DNA from: the human T2T-CHM13v2.0 reference genome, Homo sapiens
Reading direction: 5' to 3' (one strand)
Length of the DNA stretch: 64,000 bases
Assembly (NCBI RefSeq): GCF_009914755.1
Contig: NC_060939.1
Shown here: piece after piece, positions 28,612 through 46,272 of the stretch
Layout: every line of letters begins with the position of its first letter
Numbering within the stretch: the stretch's first letter is position 1
Position numbers and translations under genes: made by a program
The notes under the pieces: model-generated
The model's database searches: none
What the model saw: the letters and a program-made list of their open reading frames with translations, nothing else
Told to the model about the DNA's origin: nothing

Positions 28612-31472
28612 TGACTAATTTTTTTGTACCTTTAGTAGAGACAGGGTTTTGCCATGTTGGCCAGGCTGGTCTCAAACTCCTGACCTCAGGTGATCCACCC
28701 ACCTCGGCTTCCCAAAGTGCTGGGATTGCAGGTGTGAAACACCGCGCCCGGCCCAACCACCTCATCTTTTTCAGGCAAGGCTTCAAGGCCCATAATTCAA
28801 TTGCATTAAGTTTACTGGTCCCTGAAAGTTGGGCAAAACTCTTATATTTGATTTAATGCCCTCAGCACAGACCAGAAAACTAGTATAGGGCTATTGCAAA
28901 ACACGTGGCCATAGGATGTGCCCTGTAAGATCTAACCATTCTTAGGGGCCAAAATAGGGCAGAGTGGGACAGATGTGAGGCGGTACAGCATGTGGTTGCA
29001 GCTGGACCATGCTCTGAGCCATTTGGACTGTGAAGGTTTCTCTCCCAGAAGGTAGCAGGGTAGGTCATGGGGTATTGTAGGCCTTGACAAGAGTGCAAAT
29101 GGAGGCCTAAAAACCAGATGTCTAAATGTTTTAAGTTATAAGTAAAGCTCACAAATCATTCAATACAATATGTTCTGTCCTCCTACCTTGACAAAAATAC
29201 CTTCAGAACAACCTGGAAGTCCAGGTTGGAATTTTAAATTCTTGGATGTCAGAATCTCTTGCTGGAACATGGTGGCATGGGAAGAGCCAGCCCCCAGCTT
29301 TGGTCCTCATCCTCCATCCTTTTTTCTTCCCACTCCTGTCTCCAGCCCTTCTTGCATCAGCATAGATCTCTTGCATTCCCATATGGACTTCTCAGCCCAT
29401 ATATCCAACTTCCTCATAATGCTCACTCTTTGTTGATCCCTTAAGGTTGGGTTGTACACACCAGCATCTGGGTCACCCTTAGAAGAACTAACCTTGAAAA
29501 GGTCAGCACTAGGTCTGGAGACAAACTTGGGGATATTTGGGCAGAGAATTCTGGAGTCCCATGCATTATCCAAAAAAAGTGAGGAGAATGTCAAACAGTT
29601 GATTTCTAATTTGTAATCTTTAAAGGCCCTCTCCAAGATGATTTGAGGAAATTCCAGGTTCAGGAATTCAACTTGTCTACTACAATTTGAGGAAATTCCA
29701 GGTTCTAATTCCAACGAAAATCATCTCGGAGAGGGAACTGTTTATTAATTGTCAGGGCAGCCAGAAGGTAGGGGGATGGATTTCATAACTTCTAGAGGTC
29801 ACTTGTCCCACTTCCTCCTCTGCTAAACAGGGTTTTTGGGAGAAGCTCAGTAGACCATGGTCCCTTCACTCTTAGTGCCCTTCGGCCAGCTCCTGACATG
29901 AAGCAAAGGCCCTTGTGTTTCTCGAAGCTTTCTGCCTTGTCAGGGATGAGGACTAAGCGGGAGGATCTTTAAAGGCAGAGCATATGCGCAGAAATCTTTG
30001 GTTTCTCTCATTAGGTCAAAAATACCCTTTCGGCTGGGCACCGTGGCTCACGCCTGCGATCCCAGCACTTTGGGAGGCTGAGGTGGGCAGATCACCTGAG
30101 GTCAGGAGTTCGAGACCAGCCTAACAAACATGGCGAAACCCCGTCTCTACTAAAAAATACAAAAATTAGCTGGGCGTGGTGGCAGTTGCCTATAATCCCA
30201 GCTACTCATGAGGCTGAGGCAGGGAGAATTGCTTGAACCTGGGAGGTGGAAGTTGCAGTGAGCCGAGATCACGCTACCGCACTCCAGCCTGGGAGACTCT
30301 GTCTTGGAAAAAATATATAAATAAATGAATAAATAAAAAATCTTTCCTGATCCCCAGGCTGGAAGGCAAAGAGTATGAGTAAAAGGAGGACCAAGGGCTT
30401 GGAGAAGGGCCACCGTTCATTCTGTCTCTGCATTCATGGTTCAGGTGCTGTCAGTCATGCTGAGAGGAAGGCAGACAAACTGTGTCACCCCAAAGCCTTC
30501 TGGCCCCTCTCAGATAGTGTGGTCCCATCCAGGAGCTCTGCAGGCCACGAGTTCAGAGTGGGAAGGGATGTGGGAGGGGCTTAGGAGCTGGGCATGATAT
30601 CTTGGGGTGAGATGTGCTGCCGCAGTCTCTTCTGTCCCCTGACTCAGGCTGGGAGGGAGACAGGTATGCTCTGAAACCAGGGAAGATAGAAAGCCTCAAC
30701 TACCCGACCTTAGCGACCAGGATCTAAAACTCTGCAATGAGGGCTGACTCCATATGATCTCAGCTAGTAATGGCATAAAGATTGTACATGAAAATTCCAG
30801 ACAGGGGCGCGTGTGCACACACACACACACACACACACATACATACACACAGCACCTTACCTTAAGACCTACTCTGCAGGAAAAAAAAAAGGTTTCAGGG
30901 TAGGACAGTAAGTGAGATGTCACAGAGAGTTCATAACCTGATCTCTCTCTGAAGTCTGCTCTTCTTGTTACCGAAAAACACAGGTTTTGAGATAAAGGTC
31001 ATTAATTTGATACTTTGCTCTGCTACTACCTGCATTTTCATTTCAAAAGCAAAGTCACTAGGAAATGCCATTGGAGTTTGGAAAGAGAAACGAAATAACA
31101 TCTGAATATTATGAGTTGAACAAAATGGAGCCCAGGAGGCCTGGTTTGTGTTGTGTTCTCATAATATCATCCTTAGGAAGCCGTAGCTCCCCCATCCCTT
31201 AGGCTGTGGAGACTGTGCAGTGTTTCAGTAGTGAGAGAAGGGGCATTGTAGGGCCAAGGAAGGTGTAAGGGGACGGCAGGGAGTGAGGGACAATGAGCAG
31301 TGCTCTATTGATAGTAACAGGAAATAATAATGACGAGAAGCCTTGAGGAAGTTAATCCAGGGCCTCCTTACTAAAACCTAACCTCCAGGATCAATTTTGC
31401 TTCTATAATACTTAAACCCAACATGACTCATGGGAGAAGATGCCCTTGATAACTGTCTTCCTGAGAAGTTGA

Positions 31473-31613
<141 letters not shown>

Positions 31614-31918
31614 TGAGTAGCTGGAATTACGGGCGCCTGCCACTATGCCCAGCTAATTTTTGTATTTTAGTAGAGATGGGGTTTCACCATCTTTGCCAGG
31701 CTGGTCTCAAACTCCTGACCTCGTGATCCACCCACCTCGGCCTCCCAAAGTGTGGGATTAGGGCATGAGCCACTGCGCCCAGCCGAGCCTACATTCTGCA
31801 GCATCTCTCTCTCTCGCCGAGAAGCCCTTGAATGTGGATATCGTAAATCACACAAGTTCACAAAACAAGAGTCAATCCTAGCTTGAGTTTACAAGAAGAT
31901 AAATTGGCATCCATGTAT

Positions 31919-31973
31919 GATAGCCAGATAAAATATTGCGCACCTGTATTTTTATTGCAAAATTTGGCAACCT
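31919..31973. mobile_element. MER53 remnant (termini only)
   Basis: GCCAGATAAAATA joined to CCTGTATTTTTATTGCAAAATTTGGCAACC, i.e. both MER53 ends. Confidence 0.55.
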
Positions 31974-33098
31974 CACATCCATGTCCCCAAATCTTCAATC
32001 CTCTCTGATTTCTTCAGTAATGAAAACTACTTAATGTGTGGGACTGTAAACTCAAGGACATCTGAGGTCTTAGGGAGATGTCCGATGGGACCACACAAAA
32101 AAATGAAAATAAGAACTCTCATCAAAAACATGAGAGTCTCTTCCACTGAGTAAACTTTTCCCATCACAGGGACTTTGTTGTCTTCCTTCCTCTGGTATTC
32201 GTTCTTCCAAAATACCTGTTTTGACTATCAATCAATAAAGGAAAGCCGTGGAAACCAACAGGAAATAACGCCCACTCAATGAGCGCCTACTATTTGCCAA
32301 GCATCATGTTAGATGCTTTATGTGCCTCATTTCATTTCATCCTCGCTATATTCTTGAAGATAATTACGTTTTTTCTTTAATGTAAAGATGAGGAATCCAA
32401 GGTTTAGAAATGTTACACAACTTGCCCCAGGTCACAACCCGCATCAGTGGAAGAGCCAGGATGATGGTGATGAAGATGGTGATAATAATGGTGGTGACGA
32501 TGAACACAGCTCACATTGCTTGAGAATACATTATGAGTCAACCAGTGTGCTGAGCGTGCTACATGCTTTAACTCATTCAATTACCACGACTGCCTTTTGG
32601 GGCTGGTACTCTCATTAACTCCATTTTAAAGATGAGAAAACACATTCACTCTTGGTCTGCTCACTCCAAACCGCTGACTCTACTATTAGCCATACTCCTT
32701 GGATTGTACCTCTCCACCCACTGGGTCTTGACATCCCACTACCACCCCTCTTATTGCAGGTTGCTGAAGCTGTCTGTAGACTCAGCTTCTTCCTAAAACC
32801 TTAACCTCGCGACTGGCTGATTGCTCTTGGGAAGCAGTGCATGGTAAAGCTTGGCAGGCAGATGTCAGGTTGACCAAGGTTCCTATCTTAAATGTTGAAA
32901 ATTTAGTGTTTCCCACCTTGAAAATACACTCTGACAAGTTTTATGCAAATTACTCCCAAGAGCTGACACATAGCCAACCAATAAAACAGCCTCAGCAAAA
33001 ACCTTCTCAATCTTACCTCTAGGAAGCTCTTGGCTTTCGCTAACCACAATCTTAGAGAAGCTTCCAACTAGTCAAAGGTGAGTGTAGCTTCGTACTAA

Positions 33099-33428
<330 letters not shown>

Positions 33429-34787
33429 TGATCTACTTTTCTCGGCCTCCCAAAGTGCTGGGATTACAGGTGTGAGCCACTGCACCTGGCCTATTTATCT
33501 TATTTTTTATTTTTATTTTTAGAGATGAGGTCTCGCTCTGTTGCCCAGGCAGTAGCACAACAGTAGTTCACAGCAGCCTCCTGGCTCAAGCTATCCTCTC
33601 ACCTCAGCCTTCCAAGTAGCTGGGACTACAGTCGTGTATCATCATGACTAGCTAATTTTTAATATTTTTTTAGAGATAGGGTCTTCCTATGTTACCCAGG
33701 CTACTCGAACTCCTGGGCTCAAGTGATCCATCGGCCTTCAGCCTCCCAAAGTTCTAGGATTACAGGTGTGAGCCGCTGTGCCTGGCCTGGTTTCTTACTA
33801 ATGGTGCTGATGGCACAGATCCTTTTTGGTTGACACCCTTGTCACCTGCCCCTGCATAGCTCCCATGCAAGTTCAAGGTTGGAGAGACAAATGGGGGGAT
33901 GAAGACAAAACTTCCACCCTCCCCCTTTCTCCTAGTCAGCCTGTGCGATATAATTTCCCCCAAATCCAAAGAAAGGGAATAAAACTCGCTCCAAACATCT
34001 CAAAAGCCTATCATGTCCTTTTGACTTTTCCTGGCTACATTTCTTTCACTCATTCTTGTCTCTGTCTTCAAGAGGTGATTCTGCTGGCCTGAGAGTGTCT
34101 GGTGGACTCACTACCCAGGGTCTCTCTCCTTCCGTTTCTGGAGTGAGCACATCAGAGGGCAGTAGGGAGGAGGCCGAGCAATCTGTCCACCTCAGGCTTC
34201 CAAAGTGCGGGGGTTATAGACATGAGCCACTGCGCCCAGCCTGGACTTTCACTGCCTTAAGCCAGCAGAGGCTGTAATAATAACTCTTCTTGAAAGAAAA
34301 ATGTTCAACAATCGAAATGACCAGCAAATTTGCCATGTAATATTCCATCTTATTCTCCTTTTCCAGCTCCAAAACCACAACCATATGCCACAGCTTAGAA
34401 CAAGAAAGAATCCCTTGCTTAGGGATACTGGCAAGGAACTCCACAAAGTAGCCTCACTCCCCAGAGTACGTCTACAAGGGATTATGCAAGTTTACCCTGT
34501 AATGCAGGGATCAGATCATTCAATTTGTCAATATTTATTCACGTACAGTCATCACAGAAGTGATGTAAAATAAATGAGAGTCTAAATAATAATACTGCAG
34601 GAGCCCAAATAAAATGACTTCTCTCCTTTAAGCTGTATAAAACCTTCTTTCTCCCCTGCCACTGATCGTGCATAAATTACTCTGGTTAACAACCTTCTAC
34701 CTAGCAGGCTCCAGGAATCACAGGACCAATGTGTCAGGGATCTCCTTTTTCACATAAACTCTGGGCTGGGATTTTTTCCAGTGTAGC

Positions 34788-34888
34788 CTTCTTCTTCTTC
34801 TTTCTTCTCCTCCTCCTCCTTCTCCTCCTCCTCCTTCTTCCTCTTCTTCCTATTCCTCCTCTTCTTCTTCTTCTTCTTCTTCTTCTTT
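34788..34888. repeat. (CTT)n/(CCT)n polypyrimidine tract (expanded Alu tail)
   Basis: About 100 bp of almost pure C/T adjoining a minus-strand Alu. Confidence 0.85.
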
Positions 34889-36084
34889 AAATTTTCCTTT
34901 TTCTTTTTGAGACAGGGCTCCCTCTGTTGCCCACGCTGGAGTGCAATAGTGCAATCACAGCTTATTGCAGCCTCAACCTCCCCGGGCTTAGGCAACCCTC
35001 CCACCTCAGCCTCTCGAGTAGCTGACCATGCCCAGCCCCGTGTAGCCTTCTAAGGGAAGGGTTATGTTTATAGGAGAGAAGCATTGTACTTAAAGGAGGA
35101 TCCCAGCAAGAACTCTTTGCATTCAAGGTCCTTCTCATACTCTCAGTTAACATTGATCAGACATTTTAGCGGTGCTTATTACATGTCAGGCACTATGGTA
35201 GATACTAGGAATACAATGTGATTTAAAAAAAATGGAGTCCCTCTTTAGGGAGTGAAAGCCCACTGCATAATAGGTAAAATCTATTGATAGCAGCTGTGTG
35301 CTTTATATACGCTACCTCATTTAATCTTCAGCCCTGGCAGGGTCCAGTGGCTTACACCTGTAATCCCAGCACTTTGGGAGGCTAAGGCGGGCGGATCACT
35401 TGAGGTCAGGAGTTTGAAACCAGCCAGGCCAACAGGCTGTGAAACTTCAAAAATCCAGCATAATTGGAACCTCAAACCTATGAGATTATCAGATTTGTCC
35501 AGATATTTGGACGGTATTATATTGATAATGTTTGAATTTTTTAAAATTTCTGACTTTTAAGATATTGTCCAGGTTATGTGCTTCTATCTCTTGGCCATTA
35601 TTATTTTGGCTCATACTTGAAGACTATCAATTACAGATGAGTCAATTAAGGCAGAAACGCTTGGTATAAAAGTATAAAACACCATCATAAACAATATTTG
35701 ACCTTGGAAAGGTTCTGGGGAAAAAAGTGAATTAATCAGCACAGATTCATTGGCAGAGTCTGTTCAAGGGTGTATCACCAACCTCAATAATGGTGCTAGG
35801 TGTGAGCCAATCCACCGGATACACTCACTCCTCTGATCCTACTGAAATTCATCTTGACCATTTGCTTCTTCAGCTAATGATAGAGACACAAATGGACTAT
35901 TGGGATTTTCCAGATTGCTTTCAACATTCCAAATGCCAAACCATCCGAGTTTTTAAAATTACTTATGGTTTTCCAAATCCTACAACACAGGATGTGTTGA
36001 CTAGGAGATACAATTTTTAAGATGTTTGTTGTACGTGCTTTTTTTTTGTCTTCCTGTTTTCTGCGGGTTTATTGGTGGTATCAG

Positions 36085-36348
36085 CTGACTATTCCATCCA
36101 AGAGACAGAACTTGCACTGGAGGAGAAATGGGCACAATCCTAACCATAGCATCACCTAGCGACTATCAAGCCCGAGACCAGAAAGCAACATTTGAAGTGG
36201 TTTGACAGCATTGCCTTTGGATAACTGGCTTTCTGGTTCCTTACTGAACACTTGCAGATATGAGTTATGTTAGGTGAGGACATCTTTGGAGCCATCTGCA
36301 TAAGAAGAAGAGTGTCAACTCTGGCAGGACAGACTTTTTTTCACTCAG
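36085..36348 (+). other. Candidate non-coding exon (5' boundary uncertain)
   Basis: Perfect CAG|GTAAGT donor at 36346-36354 and a pyrimidine tract at ~36038-36062, in unique sequence. Confidence 0.35.
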
Positions 36349-36412
36349 GTAAGTAATTGGTAATGTAGGGTCTAAGTGTTTTCATAGGAATAAACACATG
36401 GGAGGAACACTG

Positions 36413-37553
<1,141 letters not shown>

Positions 37554-38399
37554 AACATTGAACCCAGCTGTAAGACATCAAAAAAGGCCTCCAGAAAGAT
37601 ATGGTATCTGAGCACTGAATAAAATACGCTGAAGAACCCATGCAGATGAAAGGGATGTACAAGAGGAGGAAGGGCAGGGTGTTTCTGGTGAGGGGGCAGC
37701 ACATGTGAGGCCACAAGAATGAAGAAGTGTGCTGTGATGGGGGAACTGAAAGTTGCTCCTCTGGCTGATTGAAGATAGGAGGCAGGAGAATTCTCTCCCT
37801 ATGCGAGGCGCTGGCCAGTCCTCATTCTCAGGTAATGTTCCCAGAGTTCTGGCTCTCCTCCTTTCCTCCTGCTGCAGCTGATTCTCTAAGTTTAGTGTGA
37901 GTGGCCAGCCACTCCCTCCAGGGCAGGAGGGGAAAGAGTGGATAGTATGCCATAGCCTTGTTAAGAAAGCCCCATACTTATTTTTCAGAACACATTTGAG
38001 TTTCTCCTTCTTCAACTAGACCAAAAAACAAAGTATCTTCAGTGAGTAACTTTCAGAGAGGCTCCAGGGAGGGTGGTGGGGTAAATGGAGAGTCCCCGTC
38101 CGAGTCTCTCTTCTGCTCCTCCACACCTAGGAGTAACTTCCTGCCATTTTTATCGTAACTGTTACAGGTGAGGGATTTGTGAACTGGGAAACAGGCCAGA
38201 GGTTCACTCAGAGATTGCAAAGGCACCTCCAAGTCAGGTTGTCCAAGACTGACTCGTGCTCTTGCCCCCCAATTCATTCCTCTTCAGTGTTCCTGTCTGG
38301 GGGTATGCGTCTGCACACGTCCCAATACCAGAGCGAGAAAGTCAGGGTCAGCCCAAGCATGGACTCTCCCTCCCCGCCCACATCCAGCCACTCACGGGT

Positions 38400-38780
38400 C
38401 TGATAAATTTACCTCCTCAATAGCTTGCACTTCTGCTTACTCCTCTCCACGTCCACTGCACCCCGCACACTAGCCCAAACTACTATCATCCTCTCCCGAT
38501 CATAGCAGTGGTTGCAAGTCTGGTTGCCCCGCACCGGCTCAGACCCCCCTACCCCATGAATCACACTACAGCCAGTGTCATTATCTTCAGCATAAGGCTG
38601 ATGATGATCCTCCTTCTCCACCTCTTGAAACCCTAGGGTGGCTAACTGCAGTCTACACAGCTCTAATCACTCAGGTTCACACCCCTCCTGCTTCATCAGG
38701 CGTCATTCCTTCCCCTGCTCCCTTCACTCCAGCCTCCTTGGCTGACTTTTGCCAATGCTCTGCCCTCCTTTCGGCCTTAG
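38400..38780 (+). mobile_element. L2 fragment
   Basis: Diverged L2 motifs CTCCTCTCCACGTCCACTGC..CTAGCCCAAAC and CACTCCAGCC. Confidence 0.5.
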
Positions 38781-39158
38781 GTCTGTTCCAAGCTGCAATG
38801 CTCTTTTCTTCTCCCAGTGAATCCCAGTCTCTTTCTGTTGTCAGTGCCGGTTGCTTTCATGGGGGAAGTCTAAACTCCCAGTCTACTAAAAATCCTTGCA
38901 CATTCCCTACTTTTCTTTCTTTTAATACACATGTTGGTTTATAATTTTACATTCACTGGTTGATTAGTGTTTCTATTGATGCATTTTTAGTAGGGTGATT
39001 CTTCCAGCTAAAGGGCTACAAAGGTTTCAAATTAATTCTGGAAACATTTTCTCTTTGCATATTTAAAGGGAAAGTGATCTTTTCTAACCTTTGCAGATAA
39101 GAGGAATGTTTGAAGTTAGAGTCCTAAAGCATTATTATTTTTATAATGATTTTGTATT

Positions 39159-40195
39159 TTTTTTCCATTTTAATGTTTGCAATTTAATAAATCTCTTGAT
39201 GATTGCAGACATGTATGGCTGTTTGGTAGTATTCAGAAACATCACAGTAATGGCAGTTTTTTCAATTGGTGCGTAGTCCTCAATAATTATATATGAAATT
39301 GCTGTCGAACCAGTAAGACTGCATTTATGCATCCATCATTTTCAGGATTGTTGGTAACCTGGGCATATTTTCCCCAAATAACTGCCGCCTTGCATCACAA
39401 GGCCCAATTTGCTCACATTTACCTCCATGGCAGTACCTTTGGTAATAACACCCAAAGTTGTATACAGTGGGGACGACGGGTTCTTCTTTACACCAAATAT
39501 TGGTAGGCAAAAGGTGACTTTCAGTTCAGGATATGTTACATGGGCTTTCTTGAAACGCAAGCCCATTGGCCTGATGAATCTTTCATACTTAGGTGGTATT
39601 CTTGTAAAGCCATCTTGAACAAAGCAGACATTAGTAACCACCCTCTTCCATGCCTTCTTCTTTCTCTTCCTTGTTCGAATAACTTTTAATACTTCTGTTT
39701 CTCCCTGGGCACATACTTTAGGCAGAGGGACTTCCCATTTTCCCGCCTTCTCTTTTCGTTTCTGTTTGATCATACTGGAAAGTACTTTAGCTCGAGATTG
39801 TCCCTCTCTGTCCAGCAGATAGGCAGGTACTGCTCCCTGTGGAGTCTTTTCAGCATTTTTTTTTTTTTGGTGTTTCTCTTTTCATGCATCTTGATAGTCT
39901 TTTTTATTTGTATTTTCTCAGCATGGCCCTGTTTATGGTAAGGCTTAGCCTTGAGACCAATCATTTTCTTTGCCTTCTTTGAACATTCATGAGCCTCTCG
40001 ACTTTCTTTCTTTCTCTTTTTCTCATGGTAATCCAAACAGTATCCATGGTGTTTACAGTGTAATTCAATATATTTGTTCTGTGGCATGTTGACGCCGCAG
40101 AGCTGCCAGGAGCAGCCCCTGGGGTGCGAAAAACGCTCTCAATTTTCGGGTCTTAGAGACCCATGAGCTGACGCCGTGCAGGCCTGACAGGAAAG
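39159..40195 (-). pseudogene. NSA2 processed pseudogene, full length
   Basis: Two ORFs ([10 protein letters not shown]..., [20 protein letters not shown]...) are clear NSA2 homologues and intronless. It has 5' and 3' UTRs, an A tail and a TSD TGATTTT(G/A)TATT at 39147-39158 / 40196-40207. Frameshifts lie at the A13 run (39856-39868) and near 39385. Confidence 0.95.
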
Positions 40196-40358
40196 TGATT
40201 TTATATTAACTTTGCTATTGCTTTATACTGCTATAAAGTAATAAACTCAAATTTCTATCCCACGTGTTACTGATCAGCCGTGGATAATGTTAGGAGGATG
40301 CCCTAGTTTTGGGGGTGGCTATCTTAATATTCCTTAATATCCCTTAACTGTTTTGCAG

Positions 40359-40441
40359 ATCCAGAACATTTCTGCCTTCAACTCCAGCAAGGATCTGAAG
40401 GTCCAGGACCTTAGGAAAGCTGCCTGCAGAGAGGTGGAGAG
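40359..40441 (+). other. Candidate 83-nt non-coding exon (possibly FAM81A 5'UTR)
   Basis: Branch-like CTTAAC, TTTTGCAG| acceptor at 40358 and GAG|GTAACA donor at 40442. Confidence 0.45.
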
Positions 40442-40754
40442 GTAACAGCATGTGGGACGGGGAGAGTCTGCTTGTATTCTTCTGCCTCCCACACCCCAAC
40501 GTTTAGGAACAAGCCTCATGCCCATTATACTCACAACGAGTTACAGACTAGTGGCTCACAGGCCAACTTAGTCCCTTACATGTGTTTGGCTTGGCTAGAA
40601 GGATATTTTAAATTATTATTATTTAATTTTATTTTTATTTCGAGACAGCGTCTCACTCTGTCTTCCAGGTTGGAGGGCAGTGGCTTGATTTTGGCTCACT
40701 GCAACCTCTGCTTCCCGGGTTCAAGCGTTTCTCCTGCCTCAGCCTCCCAAGTAG

Positions 40755-41015
<261 letters not shown>

Positions 41016-41288
41016 TAAAATTTGAGATATTATGATTGTTGTTACTACAGTGAACTGAGTCCTACCTGTTATTGCATTTTCTAGTGGGTTATTGCCGATG
41101 TAGAGGAACGCTACTGATTTATATAGGTTCTAGTTCATTTAGTTCATTTAGTTCATGGGTCTATAATTTCTCTGCCTGAGCCACTGTCTTTACCTCATGC
41201 TCCATCAGAGGTCTCTGATAGTTTCAGGGTGTCCAGAGAAATCCATTCATTTACCCATATCTTTACTGAATATTTATTGAGAACTTCG

Positions 41289-41682
41289 GTTATGAAGTGG
41301 GCTACCCCCCCATCCCACACCCCCACATTCATATGTTGAAGCCCTAACCCCCAATATGACTGTATTTGGAGATCCGGCATTTAAAGAGGAAATTAAGGTT
41401 AAATGAGACCATAAGATTGGAGTCCTAATTAGATAGAACTTGTGTTCTTAAAAGAAGAGAGAGACATCCGAGCTCCCCCAACTCCTAAGCATAGACAGAG
41501 AAAAGGCCACACAAGGACACAGTGAGAAGGTGGCTGTCTGCAAGCAGGGGAGAGGGGTCTCGTCAGAACCCAATCCCACTGGCACCTTGGTCTTGGACTT
41601 CCAGCCTCGAACTGGGAGAATATACATTTATGTTGCTTAAGACACCCTGACACTGTTATGGCAGCCGAAGCAGATGAGTACA
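41289..41682 (+). mobile_element. MLT1A/MST-type MaLR LTR
   Basis: ATTCATATGTTGAAGCCCTAACCCCCAA...TGGCACCTTGGTCTTGGACTTCCAGCCTC...GTTATGGCAGCC...TACA. Confidence 0.8.
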
Positions 41683-42634
41683 GCCTCTCTATGCCCTAGT
41701 TCCTCTGGTTATTTTATGGAAGTGTTATCTCTGGCTAGAAAGCCTTACCTAGGGTCTTCTTTCAATTTAGGCAGTGGAGATCTGGTTAGAGTTGAAGAGA
41801 TGTTTTAAAAAAACAAAGAGAATTAGCATTCATGGCACACAGGGAGGTAATTGATTTCTTTTCAGTTAAAATACTTTAAATTGCAAATTTCTTCCAAATC
41901 TTAATAAACATTTTTTTTCAGTGTTTTCAAGACTCAATATCAGAGAATTGATGGGGACCAAATTGTTTCTTTTCTTTTCTTTTTTTTTTTTTTTGAGACA
42001 GAGTCTCACTCTGTCACCCAGGCTGGAGTGCAGTAGAGTGATCTCGGCTCACTGCAACCTCTGCCTCCTGGGTTCAAGCGATTCTCCTGCCTTAGCCTCT
42101 GAGTAGCTGGGACTACAGGCGTGCGCCACCATAGCTGGCTAGTTTTTGTATTTTTAGTAGAGACGGGGTTTCACCATGTTGGCCAGGATGGTCTCGATCT
42201 CTTGACCTCATGATTCGCCCGCCTCGGCCTCCCAAAAGTGCTGGGATTACAGGCCTGAACCACCATGCCCGGCCTGAATTGTTTCTAAAGGTAAACCTCT
42301 ACAAACAAACCCATTGATTCTCAGGGCAAAAAAGGAGAGGGAGACACACCTATACACGAGGCCTAAGTGGGAAAGAGAAGATTCATCAGGAAGAGAAAAT
42401 GGGAGGAGAGACCCATCTCCTCATTCCAGCAAGTCAGAGTCCATAGCCCATATTTCTTCCCACCTTAGACAAGGCCATGAGACTTTCTCAGGTAGAAAGG
42501 CTGTTCACTTTGGTGTGGAATCCTGTAGCAGTTTGGTGAGAAAGTTTCTATACATTCTTTGTTTTTTTTTAGAGACACAGTCTCGCTCTGTTGCCCAGGC
42601 TGGAGAGCAGTGGAGCGACCATAGCTCACTGTAG

Positions 42635-43371
<737 letters not shown>

Positions 43372-43451
43372 CAGGCCTGCCAAGAACAGAGTGGGAGGGG
43401 TTTGGGAGGGTACAAAGAATACAACCGTATGCCTCTTTCTGCTAAGAATTA

Positions 43452-43760
<309 letters not shown>

Positions 43761-44369
43761 CTACTACTTCATCCTGTCCATCCCATGTCCCTAAAAACTT
43801 CAGCATAAGTGCACTCCACACACAAGGAGAGAACAAACCCTCTTACTGGCCTTGGGCCCATCCCTCTTTCTCCCACACTGCTACTTTTGAGTTATCTCAT
43901 TTTGCTCCCAATAGTCAGCCTTGACTTTTCTGGGCTTACCTGGGCATCAGGGACCCATGTTGCACATTCAGTTGTCCCGATTATGTCTGCCTTAGAGCGT
44001 CTCCTAGGGCAGCCAGTCTGGAACAGTCAGTCACCTAGGGTCCTGGAGCTCCTGCAGTCTGCCACTCGCTCCTTCTGCCTGATAACAAATACTATTCCTT
44101 TTATCCTTGCAACTCGACCCAGAAAGAGGTGGCTGTCAATGTCCAAGGCCCCTGGAAACGAAGACTGGAAATGTGAAACCACTGGGCACAGGGGAATGGG
44201 TGGGTCTGAGAGTCTGAAAGACAGTGCTAGAGCATGTGCCTTCCAGATCATTCTCATTGAAAAATTCAGAATGACCTCCCCTCCCCAAGCCAAGAAAGGA
44301 TAAACACTGACACCTGCCTACCTTCTCACATTCTAATTTCTAAGGTAAAATAAAATGCATTAAGAATCT

Positions 44370-44510
44370 GTAAGTTATCTCATTTAACTGGCACTCTGCT
44401 TTATGAGATACGCACTATCATCACCCACTTACAGATGAGGAGATTGAGGCTGGGGGATGTGAAATCATTTATTTCAGTTCACATGGTTTGCGAGCAGTGG
44501 AGTCAGGATC
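44370..44510 (-). mobile_element. MIR (others at about 1680, 3620, 16010, 20400, 32270, 47800, 56790, 60730, 63010)
   Basis: CCCACTTACAGATGAGGAGATTGAGGCT is the MIR core; similar cores occur at the listed sites. Confidence 0.7.
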
Positions 44511-44579
44511 CTAAAGTAGATACTAACCAGTGCTATTTGGCATACCAATTTAAATCAGTTACCTACACTAACTTTAAAA

Positions 44580-44830
44580 CAACATCAGCTTTATTAAGGC
44601 AAATTTATATATCATAAAGTTCACCCACTTTAAGTGTACAATTTGATAATTTTAGTAAGTTTGCAGAGTTGTGCAACCATCACCACAATCCAGTTTTAGA
44701 ACATTTCCACTACCCCAAAATGTTTCCTCATGTCCATTTTCGGTTCATACCCACTCCTACCCCCAGCTCTAGGCAACCGCTGATCTACTTTCTGTCTCTA
44801 TAAATTTGCTGTTTATAGAGAAATGAAATC
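44580..44830 (-). mobile_element. L1MB 3' fragment
   Basis: CAGCTTTATT...AAGTGTACAATT...GAGTTGTGCAACCATCACCACAATC...CTACTTTCTGTCTCTATA. Confidence 0.75.
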
Positions 44831-44978
44831 ATCCTGCACGATCTTTTACTACAAGCTGCATTTGTTTTGTGAAGACTGTTCAGCTCAGTTCTCAACATTC
44901 AGTTCAGAGGTGTGCACTGGCTTAGCACAAGAAGGAAGGTATTGTAACTCCACTTTTGCAAGACGTCTGGAGGGAAAG

Positions 44979-46272
<1,294 letters not shown>

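Noticed and set aside
29641-29705. Repeat-spacer-repeat resembling CRISPR
   Set aside because: Only two copies, eukaryotic context and no cas genes.
29307-29714. 135-aa minus-strand ORF that looks protein-like
   Set aside because: Non-ATG start, no recognisable family and no splice support; length is compatible with chance.
34750-35004. K/E-rich ORF resembling an HMG-type acidic tail
   Set aside because: It is a simple-repeat Alu tail with no HMG box.
43809-44303. 164-aa ORF (likewise 47166-47606 and 37578-38015)
   Set aside because: Non-ATG starts and no recognisable homology.
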